Part shown: piece after piece, positions 1 to 10,342 of the stretch
How the letters are laid out: each line of letters starts with the position of its first letter
Position numbering within the stretch: position 1 is the stretch's first letter
NCBI GenBank assembly: GCA_902557605.1
Contig: CACEAQ010000001.1
Span: 7,963-71,962, forward strand
From: an uncultured Pelagibacteraceae bacterium
GTDB taxonomy: Bacteria > Pseudomonadota > Alphaproteobacteria > Pelagibacterales > Pelagibacteraceae
Reading direction: 5' to 3'
DNA length: 64,000 nt
Position numbers and translations under genes: made by a program
Notes under the pieces: generated by a model
What the model saw: the letters and a program-made list of their open reading frames with translations, nothing else
The model's database searches: none
What the model was told of the DNA's origin: nothing

Positions 1-2
1 TA

Positions 3-977
3 ATGCTAGCAAGTGTTGGCCAAGATACTCTCTCAGATATTCCAAGGTTTACATTTCAAAATATGAATTTATCAGATGGTATAAGTTTTGTCTTAGTAGT
101 AATGGCAACTTTTGCGATGAGTGAGGCGTTAACAATAATTTTTAAGGCAAACGATCCGACAAGAGTGGCTAAACAGATTTCATTATCACAACTAGGATCA
201 ATCAAATTAGATAAAACCGAGACAAAAAAGATGGTGACTACTATTCCTCGTTCATCAGTCTTAGGTTTTATTATTGGAGTCCTACCTGGAGCGGGATCAA
301 CAATAGCTTCTTTCTTAGCTTATGGAATGGAGAGAAATTTCGTTAATGACGAGGAAAAGCAAAAATTTGGAAAAGGAAGTGTGAATGGATTGGCTGCACC
401 AGAAACAGCCAATAATGCTGCATGTTCAGGATCTTTTGTTCCTCTACTTACATTAGGTATACCCGGGAGCGGAACAACAGCAGTGATGCTTGGAGCGTTA
501 CTTGGTTTTGGAATTCAACCGGGCCCTAGGCTTTACCAAACAAATCCTGAAATTTTTTGGTCAGTTATAATGTCGATGTATATTGGAATGGTAATACTTT
601 TAATTCTTAATCTTCCTTTAATACCTTATATTGCAAGAGTATTGGCGACACCAAGAACATTTTTAATTCCTTTAATTTTATTTTTTTCAGTTACGGGAAT
701 TTATTTAATGTCTTTTAATAATTTTGATATATACATGATGATAGGAATTGCAGTAGTTGCAACTATTTTACGTTTATATGATTTTCCAATGCCACCTTTA
801 ATTCTTGCTTTTGTCCTTGGAGGGTTAATGGAAGAAAACCTTAGACGCTCTTTATTAATCAGCGACGGTTCTTGGTCGTTTTTATGGGATAGGCCTTTAA
901 CCGTTATAATTATGTTATTAATTTTTTTAATAATAGGATGGCAGGTATATGGAACTTTTTATAAAAAAAAATTGTAG
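3..977 (+). CDS. tctA: Tripartite tricarboxylate transporter large permease TctA (5' end outside window)
   Basis: Motifs GVLPGAGSTIASF, APETANNA, PLLTLGIPG and GIQPGP; polytopic membrane protein. Confidence 0.9.
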   Translation: MLASVGQDTLSDIPRFTFQNMNLSDGISFVLVVMATFAMSEALTIIFKANDPTRVAKQISLSQLGSIKLDKTETKKMVTTIPRSSVLGFIIGVLPGAGSTIASFLAYGMERNFVNDEEKQKFGKGSVNGLAAPETANNAACSGSFVPLLTLGIPGSGTTAVMLGALLGFGIQPGPRLYQTNPEIFWSVIMSMYIGMVILLILNLPLIPYIARVLATPRTFLIPLILFFSVTGIYLMSFNNFDIYMMIGIAVVATILRLYDFPMPPLILAFVLGGLMEENLRRSLLISDGSWSFLWDRPLTVIIMLLIFLIIGWQVYGTFYKKKL

Positions 978-1121
978 TGTGACTTTTTTTCAACACTAAA
1001 ACCCACAAATATTAAGGCTTTTTTTCAGTTAGTGGTTGTATGGTGTCTTTTAAGTGGCTTTTTTAAAATTAATGTGCAATTTAATGACTATTAATAATTA
1101 TTAAATAAAGAGAGTAAATTT

Positions 1122-1757
1122 ATGACAAACATTATACGTATAATTGCAAGTTCAATTATATTGCTTTGGTCATTTTCTGCAAAAGCTGAATTTCAATATG
1201 GTATTGGGGGCTTATTTGGTCAAGTATCAACAGATGGTACTGAAACTGAAGGAACTGCTGCTGATACATCTGATAGATCTAAAAGCTTTGAAGAACTATT
1301 CGTCGGCGCTGATTTATTCGTAGAGTTTATATCAGACAGTTATACAATTGGATTATCTTATGTTCCATTTGATGTGGAACTTGGAAGCGGTTCAAGAACT
1401 GATAACAACGGAGATGATCCAGCTGAAAACGATGATGGTACTAGGACTGCATCAGCAGATTTAACTGACTTTTACACATTGTATGCAAACATACCTTTTG
1501 GTGGAGGCGGAATGTATACCCTTTTAGGATATCATTTTGCAACAGTTGAAACAGCTGAAACATTGAACGAGTCTTCTTATGGAAACGTTGATGTAGAAGG
1601 TTACCAAATAGGTATCGGATCTAGAAGCGGTAATATTAAATATGAACTTTCTTACTCTGATTTTGAAAACATCAAAATTAACTCGACTGGTGGAGGTACT
1701 AACAGCGTATCTGCTGATGCCGACACTGTTCAGTTTAGAGTATCTTACGGTTTTTAA
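1122..1757 (+). CDS. Outer-membrane beta-barrel (porin-like) protein
   Basis: Signal peptide ending AKA, alternating amphipathic strands, C-terminal FRVSYGF beta-signal, own terminator. Confidence 0.7.
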   Translation: MTNIIRIIASSIILLWSFSAKAEFQYGIGGLFGQVSTDGTETEGTAADTSDRSKSFEELFVGADLFVEFISDSYTIGLSYVPFDVELGSGSRTDNNGDDPAENDDGTRTASADLTDFYTLYANIPFGGGGMYTLLGYHFATVETAETLNESSYGNVDVEGYQIGIGSRSGNIKYELSYSDFENIKINSTGGGTNSVSADADTVQFRVSYGF

Positions 1758-1777
1758 TATTAAAAACAAAAAGAATT

Positions 1778-1806
1778 AAAAAACCCGCTTCGGCGGGTTT
1801 TTTTTT
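1778..1806. terminator. Bidirectional rho-independent terminator
   Basis: aaaaaacccgc-ttcg-gcgggttttttttt with C(UUCG)G loop, between convergent genes. Confidence 0.92.
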
Positions 1807-2227
1807 AAAGCCTTACATATTTTTTTTCTCTATCAACTGCCCAATCTCTTGTTCCATTAGCCACAATAAATAAAAATCCTCCAGCTAAACCTATATTTTT
1901 TAAAAAAGATATAAATTGAGATTGATCAGAAAAGTCAAAATGAAACAAGAATGCAGTCACTATACAAAAAATTGCTAAAATAGATGCAGAGACCTTTGCT
2001 TGGTAACCTACAATAACAAAAAGGGGTAAAATTATTTCTAATAAAACTGTAGGGTAAAGTAAAAATCCAGGAATACCAAATCCCTCCATCCAGCTCATTG
2101 TCCCATCAATACTTAATACTTTATTATATGCCGAGATGATGAATAAAGCTGAGATAAGTATTCTACCAAGTAAATCAAAAAGATTAGCCATTGCAAAAAA
2201 GTTAAAGACATTTGACATTAATGTCAA
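1805..2227 (-). CDS. DoxX family membrane protein (true start may be a downstream Met)
   Basis: LLGRILISALF...FLKNIGLAGG pattern, about 4 TM helices. Confidence 0.85.
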   Translation of the reverse strand: MTLMSNVFNFFAMANLFDLLGRILISALFIISAYNKVLSIDGTMSWMEGFGIPGFLLYPTVLLEIILPLFVIVGYQAKVSASILAIFCIVTAFLFHFDFSDQSQFISFLKNIGLAGGFLFIVANGTRDWAVDREKKYVRL

Positions 2228-2243
2228 AAATTTATTGTTTAAT

Positions 2244-3320
2244 TCAGGTTTTTTTTAAAAATCTCAGTATTACTGGGACTATGAGAAGTATCATAAGTAA
2301 GCGAATTATATGATGAAAGGATACAAATTCAGGGTCCAAATCAAAGAAAATTGCTATTACAGCAACTTCATAAATTCCTCCAGGACAATATGATAGCAAC
2401 AATGTAAAGAAGTTTTTATCAATTACTTGCCCTGCAACAGCTGCTGCAACAATACCTAACATTACTAATAAGAACGTAGCTACAAAACTATGCAAAGCAT
2501 TTCTTCCTATTTCACTAAATGTTTTGTCTGCAAACCTACACCCCACGGAGGAACCTAAAATTAATAAACAATAATCGATTATGTCAGGAGATATTTGATA
2601 ACTTGCAACCTCGGTAATCTGTAATAAACCACTTGCCACTAAAGTTCCTGTCAACAGAGCAGCAGGAACTTTTATTTTTTCAAACAATAGAATTAAAATC
2701 ACTGAAGATGCAATTAAAATTATTAAGTGATATAAATTTTGATTATTAAACGTCTCTTCTAAAATATTTACGCTATCTACGTTGTAAAAACTATTCACGA
2801 TAAAAGGAAAAACAGTAATTATAATAATTAATCTTATTAGATGAGATGTAGCTACTTGACTTAAGTCAGTTTTTGCATCCTCAGCCAATATCATCAATGG
2901 GCCTAATGCACCTGGTGCAGCTGAAAAAATAGAAGTTTTTTGCTCGTATTTAGAAAACTTTTCTAAATATTTTGAAACGATTAGAACACTTAAAATTATG
3001 TAAATTAACATTATAAAAGAGGTCCAGATCCAATCTTGCATTTGACTGAATAAATCTTTGTCTATGTAGTTACCAATATAAAGACCAAGAATGATTAATA
3101 TAGATGATAATACCAACCTCGGCATTTTAGTTTTAAGACCCATTAACGAAGCTAAAGAAGTTATAAGCATAGGCCCCAAAAACCAGGCTAATGGAATATT
3201 AAAATATTCAGCTATTATTGCACTTGGTATTGATAAAATGATGACAGATATAAACGGTATTGAAAATATCTGTTTAAAATTTTCTTTATTAAAAGGAATA
3301 GCTTGGTTATTCTGCGTCAT
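2244..3320 (-). CDS. AbrB-family (putative ammonia monooxygenase-like) duplicated membrane protein
   Basis: PLAWFLGPM, APGALGPM and CPGGIYE repeats, H-x-x-R motif in both halves. Confidence 0.8.
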   Translation of the reverse strand: MTQNNQAIPFNKENFKQIFSIPFISVIILSIPSAIIAEYFNIPLAWFLGPMLITSLASLMGLKTKMPRLVLSSILIILGLYIGNYIDKDLFSQMQDWIWTSFIMLIYIILSVLIVSKYLEKFSKYEQKTSIFSAAPGALGPLMILAEDAKTDLSQVATSHLIRLIIIITVFPFIVNSFYNVDSVNILEETFNNQNLYHLIILIASSVILILLFEKIKVPAALLTGTLVASGLLQITEVASYQISPDIIDYCLLILGSSVGCRFADKTFSEIGRNALHSFVATFLLVMLGIVAAAVAGQVIDKNFFTLLLSYCPGGIYEVAVIAIFFDLDPEFVSFHHIIRLLMILLIVPVILRFLKKT

Positions 3321-3322
3321 CT

Positions 3323-4087
3323 ATGATTTTAGGATTTATAGGAACTGGTAAAATTTCATCATCAATTATTTTTGGCATTTTTAAATCTAAGCTAAAAATT
3401 AAGAGAATTTATATATCTTCAAGAAATAGAAACATAGCTAAAAAACTATCTAAAAGTTACGGAAAAGTAAAAGTATTAAACAATAATCAAGAAATAATAG
3501 ACAAATCCTCAGTAGTATTATTGGGTGTTACTCCTAATGTGGGCAATAAAATATTGCCTAAATTAAAATTTTCAAAAAATAAAAAAATAATAAGTCTTAT
3601 TTCGACAATTAATTTAGATAAACTTAAAAAAATTACTAAGAATAAAAATATCGCTAGAGCCATACCCTTGCCTCCAATCGAAATTAAAAAAGGGCCAGTA
3701 ATTGTTTGTCCACCAAGTAAATTTGCCAAAAATATTTTTAAACATTTAGGTCAAGTCTTAGAAGTAAGAAATGAAAAACTAAGCTATAAGTTTTGGTCTA
3801 CTTCCTCTTTAATGGCAACATACTATGAGATGCTTAATACGAGCTCTATATGGTTGAGTAAGAAAGGCATTAACAAAAAACTAGCTGATACATATGTAGC
3901 AGAATTATTTTTGGCGTTAAGTCAGGATGCTTTAAAGAAATCATCACAAGGATTTAAAAAACTCGTAGCGGATTCACAGACCCCAAAAGGCCTAAATATG
4001 CAGGTTCTTAAAGAATTGAAAAAAGGAAAATTCTTTACTAAGTTCACCAAAGCTCTTGAAAATGTGAATAAAAGAGTAAGTAAGTAA
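3323..4087 (+). CDS. proC: Pyrroline-5-carboxylate reductase family protein
   Basis: GFIGTGKI Rossmann motif, QTPKGLN dimerisation-domain motif. Confidence 0.75.
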   Translation: MILGFIGTGKISSSIIFGIFKSKLKIKRIYISSRNRNIAKKLSKSYGKVKVLNNNQEIIDKSSVVLLGVTPNVGNKILPKLKFSKNKKIISLISTINLDKLKKITKNKNIARAIPLPPIEIKKGPVIVCPPSKFAKNIFKHLGQVLEVRNEKLSYKFWSTSSLMATYYEMLNTSSIWLSKKGINKKLADTYVAELFLALSQDALKKSSQGFKKLVADSQTPKGLNMQVLKELKKGKFFTKFTKALENVNKRVSK

Positions 4088-4090
4088 ATC

Positions 4091-5002
4091 ATGGAATATT
4101 TTATACAACAATTAGTTAATGGGATTACTTTAGGTTCGATCTACGGACTTATCGCAATTGGTTACACAATGGTTTATGGAATTATTGGAATGATTAACTT
4201 TGCTCACGGTGATATCTTTATGATCGGAGCTTTTGTGGCTTTAATATCATTTATTATCTTTGGTTTAACTGGAGTTGCGTTACCAATTATTTTACTTTTA
4301 GTTTTACTAATAGCTATGCTTTTCACAGCTTGCTACGGATGGACAGTTGAAAAATTAGCTTACAAACCGTTAAGGGGTTCTTTTAGATTAGCTCCACTTA
4401 TATCTGCTTTAGGTATGTCGATTGTATTACAAAACTATGTCCAAGTTTCTCAAGGTGCAAGAGTAAAACCAATGCAGCCATTATTTTCGGGAGGATTAGA
4501 GTTTTTTAAGGACTCAGAATTTATTGTTACGGTTAGTTATCTCCAAATTTTTATTGTAGTATTAACAATTATTTTAATGGGAATTTTCACATATTTAATC
4601 ACAAAAACTGATTTAGGTAGAGCACAAAGAGCCTGCGAACAAGATAGAACAATGACTGCTTTACTTGGAATTAATGTTGATAGAACAATTTCAATTACAT
4701 TTATAATTGGATCTTCTTTAGCTTCAGTAGCAGGAATGATGTTTGTACTTTATTATGGCGTTATTGATTTTTACATAGGATTTTTAGCTGGTATCAAAGC
4801 TTTTACTGCTGCAGTTTTAGGAGGAATAGGGTCGTTGCCTGGAGCAATGTTAGGTGGCTTGTTAATCGGACTTATAGAAACCTTCTGGGCTGGATATGTT
4901 TCTCTTGAATATAAAGATGTTGCAGCTTTCAGTGTTTTAATTGTAGTTTTGATTTTCTTTCCAACTGGATTTCTTGGAAAACCTGACATCGAGAAAGTTT
5001 AA
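4091..5002 (+). CDS. livH: Branched-chain amino acid ABC transporter permease
   Basis: QQLVNGITLGSIYGLIAIGYTMVYG, INFAHG, KAFTAAVLGGIG. Confidence 0.95.
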   Translation: MEYFIQQLVNGITLGSIYGLIAIGYTMVYGIIGMINFAHGDIFMIGAFVALISFIIFGLTGVALPIILLLVLLIAMLFTACYGWTVEKLAYKPLRGSFRLAPLISALGMSIVLQNYVQVSQGARVKPMQPLFSGGLEFFKDSEFIVTVSYLQIFIVVLTIILMGIFTYLITKTDLGRAQRACEQDRTMTALLGINVDRTISITFIIGSSLASVAGMMFVLYYGVIDFYIGFLAGIKAFTAAVLGGIGSLPGAMLGGLLIGLIETFWAGYVSLEYKDVAAFSVLIVVLIFFPTGFLGKPDIEKV

Positions 5003-6270
5003 TGGAAAAGAAAGATATCATTCAGTCATTTAAAGACAGTTTGTTTACAGGCTTAATTGCTTTAGCTTTGTTTGGTCCAATAGTAGGTTTAAGAACTGTA
5101 TCAAAAGGTGAAGGGCTATTCATTACTCCACAATGGGGAGTAGTTTTTTTTCTTGTTGGATTATGTATTTTGGGAAGATTTTTAATTAATATTAATTCTG
5201 CAAGAAGAACAGAACTTAAAATTTTTTCAACACTGTCATCTAAGTTTTCTAGTATTACCGAGGATAAAGCTAAGCATTTTGCAATTACTGGTATTTTGTT
5301 TGCAGTAATATTTCCATTTCTACCATTTACTGACAGATACTTTATGGATGTAGCAATAATGATTTTAACTTATATCATGTTAGGATGGGGTTTAAACATT
5401 GTAGTTGGTTTAGCTGGTCTTCTTGATTTAGGCTATGTAGCTTTTTATGCAGTCGGCGCTTATTCTTACGCACTTATTGCCACTACGTTCGGTTGGTCTT
5501 TTTGGATTTGTTTACCTTTGGCTGGAGTGTTTGCAGCTTTTTTTGGAATTTTACTTGGTTTTCCAGTTTTAAGATTAAGAGGAGATTATCTTGCGATTGT
5601 TACTTTAGGATTTGGAGAAATTATAAGAATTATTTTGATCAACTGGTATGAGGTAACAAATGGACCTGACGGAATAACAGGTATACCGCGACCATCTTTT
5701 TTTGGATTACCTTTTAAAAGATCTCCAGATGAGGGGGAAACAAGTTTCCATTTGTTTTTCAATCTTGAATATTCAACAATGCATCGAATAATATTTCTAT
5801 ACTATTTAATTTTAGTATTGGCCTTGATAACGAATTACTTCACGCTAAAGATAAGAAAACTTCCTGTTGGTAGAGCATGGGAAGCTTTAAGAGAGGATGA
5901 GATCGCTTGTAAATCTTTAGGAGTAAATCCTACGAATACAAAACTAACTGCTTTTGCGATTGGAGCTATGTTTGGTGGTTTCGCTGGTTCATTTTTTGCA
6001 ACGCGACAGGCATTTATAAGTCCAGAAAGTTTCACATTTATTGAGTCTGCAATTATTGTTGCAATTGTTGTACTTGGCGGCATGGGCTCACAAACTGGAG
6101 TTGTTCTTGCATCAATTTTCTTAATTGGAATAACAGAAATGTTTAGAGATTTAGAGCAATTTAGAATGATCGCTTTTGGTGGAGCGATGGTTTTAATTAT
6201 GGTGTTTAAACCAAAGGGAATATTAGCAAACAGGAAGCCAACTATTCTTATGCACGGAGATAAGAAATGA
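5002..6270 (+). CDS. livM: Branched-chain amino acid ABC transporter permease
   Basis: GLNIVVGLAGLLDLG, LRLRGDYLAIVTLGFGE, GRAWEALREDE. Confidence 0.95.
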   Translation: MEKKDIIQSFKDSLFTGLIALALFGPIVGLRTVSKGEGLFITPQWGVVFFLVGLCILGRFLININSARRTELKIFSTLSSKFSSITEDKAKHFAITGILFAVIFPFLPFTDRYFMDVAIMILTYIMLGWGLNIVVGLAGLLDLGYVAFYAVGAYSYALIATTFGWSFWICLPLAGVFAAFFGILLGFPVLRLRGDYLAIVTLGFGEIIRIILINWYEVTNGPDGITGIPRPSFFGLPFKRSPDEGETSFHLFFNLEYSTMHRIIFLYYLILVLALITNYFTLKIRKLPVGRAWEALREDEIACKSLGVNPTNTKLTAFAIGAMFGGFAGSFFATRQAFISPESFTFIESAIIVAIVVLGGMGSQTGVVLASIFLIGITEMFRDLEQFRMIAFGGAMVLIMVFKPKGILANRKPTILMHGDKK

Positions 6271-7058
6271 GCAATTTATTATCAGTAGAAAATTTAACAA
6301 TGAAGTTTGGTGGCTTGACCGCAATAGATGATTTAAGCTTTGATGCAAAAAATAATCAAATTACTTCCATTATTGGACCTAATGGTGCAGGGAAAACTAC
6401 TGTATTTAATTGCCTGACAGGATTTTATAAGCCTACCAATGGTCAAATGTTTTTACACAAAGAAGATAACAAAATTTCACTAAGAAAATATACTGACTTT
6501 AAAATAGCTCATGTTGCTAAAGTAGCTAGAACTTTTCAAAATATTAGACTGTTTCCAGCAATGTCAGTTCTTGAAAATTTGTTAGTCGCTCAACATAATG
6601 AATTAATGGTAGCTTCTGGTTACTCTTTATTTGGTTTACTTAATCTTAAAACCTATAGAGATAAAGAACAGCTGGCAGTTGATAAAGCGAAGTACTGGTT
6701 AGATATTATTGGTTTAACTCTTAGAGCAGATGATAATGCAGGTGATCTACCTTACGGAGATCAAAGAAAATTAGAAATTGTTCGTGCAATGTGTATTGAA
6801 CCAAGGTTATTGTGTTTAGATGAACCAGCTGCAGGATTAAATCCAAAAGAGTCAGCTGAACTAAATAAACTTTTAAAATTTATTAAAACAGAAAAACAAA
6901 CAGGAATTTTATTAATTGAACATGATATGAGTGTGGTAATGGGAATTTCCGACCATGTTGTTGTTTTAAATTATGGTAAAAAAATATTTGAAGGAACAGC
7001 CGAACAAACTAAAAATAGCAAAGAGGTTATTGAAGCTTACCTAGGAGTTGATGAATAA
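6267..7058 (+). CDS. livG: Branched-chain amino acid ABC transporter ATPase
   Basis: Walker A GPNGAGKT, ARTFQNIRLF, LDEPAAG, IEHDM. Confidence 0.95.
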   Translation: MSNLLSVENLTMKFGGLTAIDDLSFDAKNNQITSIIGPNGAGKTTVFNCLTGFYKPTNGQMFLHKEDNKISLRKYTDFKIAHVAKVARTFQNIRLFPAMSVLENLLVAQHNELMVASGYSLFGLLNLKTYRDKEQLAVDKAKYWLDIIGLTLRADDNAGDLPYGDQRKLEIVRAMCIEPRLLCLDEPAAGLNPKESAELNKLLKFIKTEKQTGILLIEHDMSVVMGISDHVVVLNYGKKIFEGTAEQTKNSKEVIEAYLGVDE

Positions 7059-7777
7059 TGCTTAAGATTTCTAATGTTGAAACTTTTTACGGAAAAATTC
7101 AAGCTCTCAGGGGTGTTGATCTTGACATAAATGATGGTGAAATTGTTTCTTTAATCGGCTCTAATGGAGCAGGTAAATCAACTTTACTGATGACAATTAG
7201 TGGAGTGAATAAAGCTAAAAGAGGAAATATAGTTTTCAATGGTGAAAATATTGAGAATAAAGACCCTCACAAAATAGTTGATATGGGTATTTGCCAAGTT
7301 CCAGAGGGGAGAAGAATATTTTCAAGACTAACTGTAGAAGAAAATCTAAGATTAGGAGCCCATGCCAACGAAAAAGGGAAGTACTTTGAGAATGATATTA
7401 AGGAAATTTATGATTTATTTCCTGTTTTAAGTGATAGAAAGACACAAAGAGGCGGAACACTTTCAGGAGGAGAACAGCAAATGTTGGCGATAGGAAGAGC
7501 ATTAATGAGTAAACCTAAAGTACTTTTATTAGATGAACCTTCGTTAGGAATAGCACCTAAACTGGTAAATCAAATTTTTGTTTCAATAAAAAATATTAAT
7601 AAAGAAAAAAATGTTACTATTTTTTTAGTTGAACAAAATGCCAAAAAGGCTTTGGAGCTTGCTGATAGAGCATATGTTTTAGTAAACGGAAAGGTGACCA
7701 TAAAGGGTCCTGGTCAAGAGTTACTTAAAAATAAAGACATTCAAGCCGCTTATCTTGAAGGTGGAGCAAAAAATTAA
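7058..7777 (+). CDS. livF: Branched-chain amino acid ABC transporter ATPase
   Basis: GSNGAGKS, VPEGRRIF, LSGGEQQM, LVEQN. Confidence 0.95.
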   Translation: MLKISNVETFYGKIQALRGVDLDINDGEIVSLIGSNGAGKSTLLMTISGVNKAKRGNIVFNGENIENKDPHKIVDMGICQVPEGRRIFSRLTVEENLRLGAHANEKGKYFENDIKEIYDLFPVLSDRKTQRGGTLSGGEQQMLAIGRALMSKPKVLLLDEPSLGIAPKLVNQIFVSIKNINKEKNVTIFLVEQNAKKALELADRAYVLVNGKVTIKGPGQELLKNKDIQAAYLEGGAKN

Positions 7778-7855
7778 CTTTTTTTCATATTTACAATATT
7801 GGAATTAAGGTGTTCAATATCAATAATTAATTAATTAACAACAAAGGGAAATAAT

Positions 7856-8959
7856 ATGTTAAGAACGTTCAATAAACTTCTTTCATTAATAGCCGGAACA
7901 TTAATGCTTGCAACAGTATCAGCTAAAGCTGACGTTGTTGTTGCTTCTGCTGGACCTATGTCTGGTCAGTACGCTTCATTTGGTGCTCAGTTAAAAGCTG
8001 GTGCTGAAATGTGGTTAAAGCACGTTAATAAAAAAGGTGGAATTAATGGTGAGAAAGTTAAATTAGAAATCGGAGATGATGCTTGCGATCCTAAACAAGC
8101 TGTTGCTGTAGCCAACAAATTTGCTGGTCAAGGTGTAGCTTATGTTGCAGGTCACTTCTGCTCTGGTTCTTCAATTCCAGCTTCTGCGGTTTACAATGAA
8201 GAAGGAATTATACAAGTTTCACCAGCTTCAACAAATCCAGCGTTAACGGATAAAGGTGGTAAATATACTTTTAGGGTTTGTGGTCGAGATGATCAGCAAG
8301 GTGAAGTTGCTGGTAAATTCTTAGCTGAAAACTACAAAGGTAAAAAAGTAGCTATCCTTCATGACAAAACTGCTTACGGTAAAGGTTTAGCAGATGCGAC
8401 TAGAAAAAACATGAAGAAAGCTGGCCTTAAAGACGCTATGTACGAAGCTTATACAGCAGGTGAAAAAGACTACTCTGCTTTAGTTTCAAAACTAAAATCA
8501 AATAACATTGATGCAGTATATCTTGGTGGTTACCACACAGAAGGTGGTTTGATCGTAAGACAAATGAGAGACCAAGGTATGAAAACTAAATTAATCAGTG
8601 GTGACGCATTAGTTACAGCTGAGTATTGGGATATTACAGGAAATGCAGGCGAAGGTACTTTAATGACTTTCTCTCCAGATCCAAGAAATAACCCTGCTGC
8701 TGCAGATGTTGTAAAAGAATTTAAAGCTGCTGGTATTGAGCCAGAAGGTTATGTTCTTTATTCATACGCTGCGTTACAGGTATTCGAACAAGCTGCTAAT
8801 CAAGCTGGAACAAACGATCCTGCTAAAGTTCTTAAAGTTATGAGAAAAGGTAAGTTTGATACTGTAATCGGTTCACTAAGCTTTGACAAAAAAGGTGACG
8901 TGAGCTTACCAGGTTATGTATTTTATGAGTGGAGCAAAGGTAAATACAAAGAACTGTAA
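7856..8959 (+). CDS. livK: Branched-chain amino acid ABC transporter substrate-binding protein (LivJ/LivK)
   Basis: Signal peptide, DDACDPKQAVAVAN, GHFCSGSSIPAS, GRDDQQG. Confidence 0.93.
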   Translation: MLRTFNKLLSLIAGTLMLATVSAKADVVVASAGPMSGQYASFGAQLKAGAEMWLKHVNKKGGINGEKVKLEIGDDACDPKQAVAVANKFAGQGVAYVAGHFCSGSSIPASAVYNEEGIIQVSPASTNPALTDKGGKYTFRVCGRDDQQGEVAGKFLAENYKGKKVAILHDKTAYGKGLADATRKNMKKAGLKDAMYEAYTAGEKDYSALVSKLKSNNIDAVYLGGYHTEGGLIVRQMRDQGMKTKLISGDALVTAEYWDITGNAGEGTLMTFSPDPRNNPAAADVVKEFKAAGIEPEGYVLYSYAALQVFEQAANQAGTNDPAKVLKVMRKGKFDTVIGSLSFDKKGDVSLPGYVFYEWSKGKYKEL

Positions 8960-8979
8960 ACCAAATGCTTAACTAATTT

Positions 8980-9006
8980 AAAAGGGGGCTTAGGCCCCCT
9001 TTTTTA
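8980..9006 (+). terminator. Rho-independent terminator of the liv operon
   Basis: aaaagggggc-ttag-gccccc followed by a T run. Confidence 0.9.
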
Positions 9007-9023
9007 TTTAAAGAAAGGAATTT

Positions 9024-9359
9024 ATGGAAATAACTTATGATGATTTTAAGAAAGTGCAGATCAAAGTTGGTACTGTTTTAGAAGTAAAAGTAAATGAGAA
9101 AGCAAGAAAACCTTCATTAGTAGTTAAGGTTGATTTTGGAAAAGAGATAGGCATAAAACAAAGCTCAGCGCAGATTACTCACTATTACACTTCTGAAAAT
9201 TTAGTAGGAAAACAAGTTATTGGGGTTTGTAATTTCCCGACAAAAAATATAGCTGGTGTTACATCTGAAGTTTTAGTACTTGGAGCTATTGAAAAGGACG
9301 GAAAAGTTGTCCTAGTGCACCCATCTCAGAAAACTGATAATGGACTAGATATTGCTTAA
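9024..9359 (+). CDS. csaA: CsaA/Trbp111 OB-fold tRNA-binding chaperone
   Basis: ITYDDF, KQSSAQIT, NFPTKNIAG..SEVLVLG. Confidence 0.9.
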   Translation: MEITYDDFKKVQIKVGTVLEVKVNEKARKPSLVVKVDFGKEIGIKQSSAQITHYYTSENLVGKQVIGVCNFPTKNIAGVTSEVLVLGAIEKDGKVVLVHPSQKTDNGLDIA

Positions 9360-9797
9360 ATGAGTTCTGAAACATTTAATTGGAGTTGTAGACATACATG
9401 GTCAAGAAGTGCCAAAAATACATTTTGGTGTTTACTTGGTTGCTCTATTGGTGATTTTGGAACTATTTTATTTTTTCAATTAACTAAAATTCCTTTTCCT
9501 GTTTTAGCAATCATGGTTTTAGCGATAATCAATGGGATTATCACAAGTATAATTTTAGAAACGATTATCTTATTAAGACAAAATTTTTCTTTAAAGTTAG
9601 CTTTTAAAACAGCTGTTGGAATGAGTTTAATCTCAATGGTGAGTATGGAAATTGCCATGAATGCTACTGACTATTTTCTTACTGGAGGTGCTATTTTAAC
9701 TTGGTGGGTTGTACCAATTATGTTAGCTGTTGGTTTTGTTACACCTTGGCCATATAACTATTGGCGACTAAAAAAATTTAACGAGGCTTGCCATTAA
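9360..9797 (+). CDS. DUF4396 membrane protein
   Basis: TFWCLLGCSIGD and GFVTPWPYNYW motifs. Confidence 0.8.
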   Translation: MSSETFNWSCRHTWSRSAKNTFWCLLGCSIGDFGTILFFQLTKIPFPVLAIMVLAIINGIITSIILETIILLRQNFSLKLAFKTAVGMSLISMVSMEIAMNATDYFLTGGAILTWWVVPIMLAVGFVTPWPYNYWRLKKFNEACH

Positions 9798-10324
9798 GTA
9801 ATTTTGTTTAAGATTTTATCCTTAAAAACAAAATGATGAACAATCACTGCAAGTATGTGCAGACTTACAAGTGCTAATAATAAGTAATTTGCATAAATAT
9901 GGACTTCATAATAAGCATCAGCTAAAACAAAATTATCTGTTTCAAATCCATATTCAAAAAATATGAAATTTAGCCTTTCTCCCATATAAAGTTTTTTAAG
10001 AATTCCAGAAACTGTTATGGAAAAAATAGTTACATAAAGCAAAAAATGGTTAGCCTTTCCAATGAAGACTTGTCCTCTAAAAAAACTTTTAGTTTCAGAT
10101 GGACTTGGGTTAAAAAATTTCCAAATTAGTCTAAACAAAGTAAGATAGAAAACGGTTATTCCAACTAGGATATGTATATTTTCAAGTTCAATTCTTTCGT
10201 CAGAAAATTCAAGCCCTACTAAATAAAATCCAAAAGGAACTTGGGCTATTAAGACAATAAATGTAACCCAGTGGAACAATTTGGCCAATAGGCCATATTC
10301 ATTTTTACTGTTAAAAAATTTCAT
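9794..10324 (-). CDS. Cytochrome b561 (di-heme, CybB/YceJ-like)
   Basis: AKLFHW, HILVG, LFRLIW, HIY...LHILA heme-ligand His pattern over 4 TM. Confidence 0.88.
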   Translation of the reverse strand: MKFFNSKNEYGLLAKLFHWVTFIVLIAQVPFGFYLVGLEFSDERIELENIHILVGITVFYLTLFRLIWKFFNPSPSETKSFFRGQVFIGKANHFLLYVTIFSITVSGILKKLYMGERLNFIFFEYGFETDNFVLADAYYEVHIYANYLLLALVSLHILAVIVHHFVFKDKILNKIT

Positions 10325-10342
10325 TATTAATTATTATTAGTC

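Noticed and set aside
978-996. CRP/FNR-like tgtga...caaca site after tctA
   Set aside because: Spacing and second half-site do not fit TGTGA-N6-TCACA
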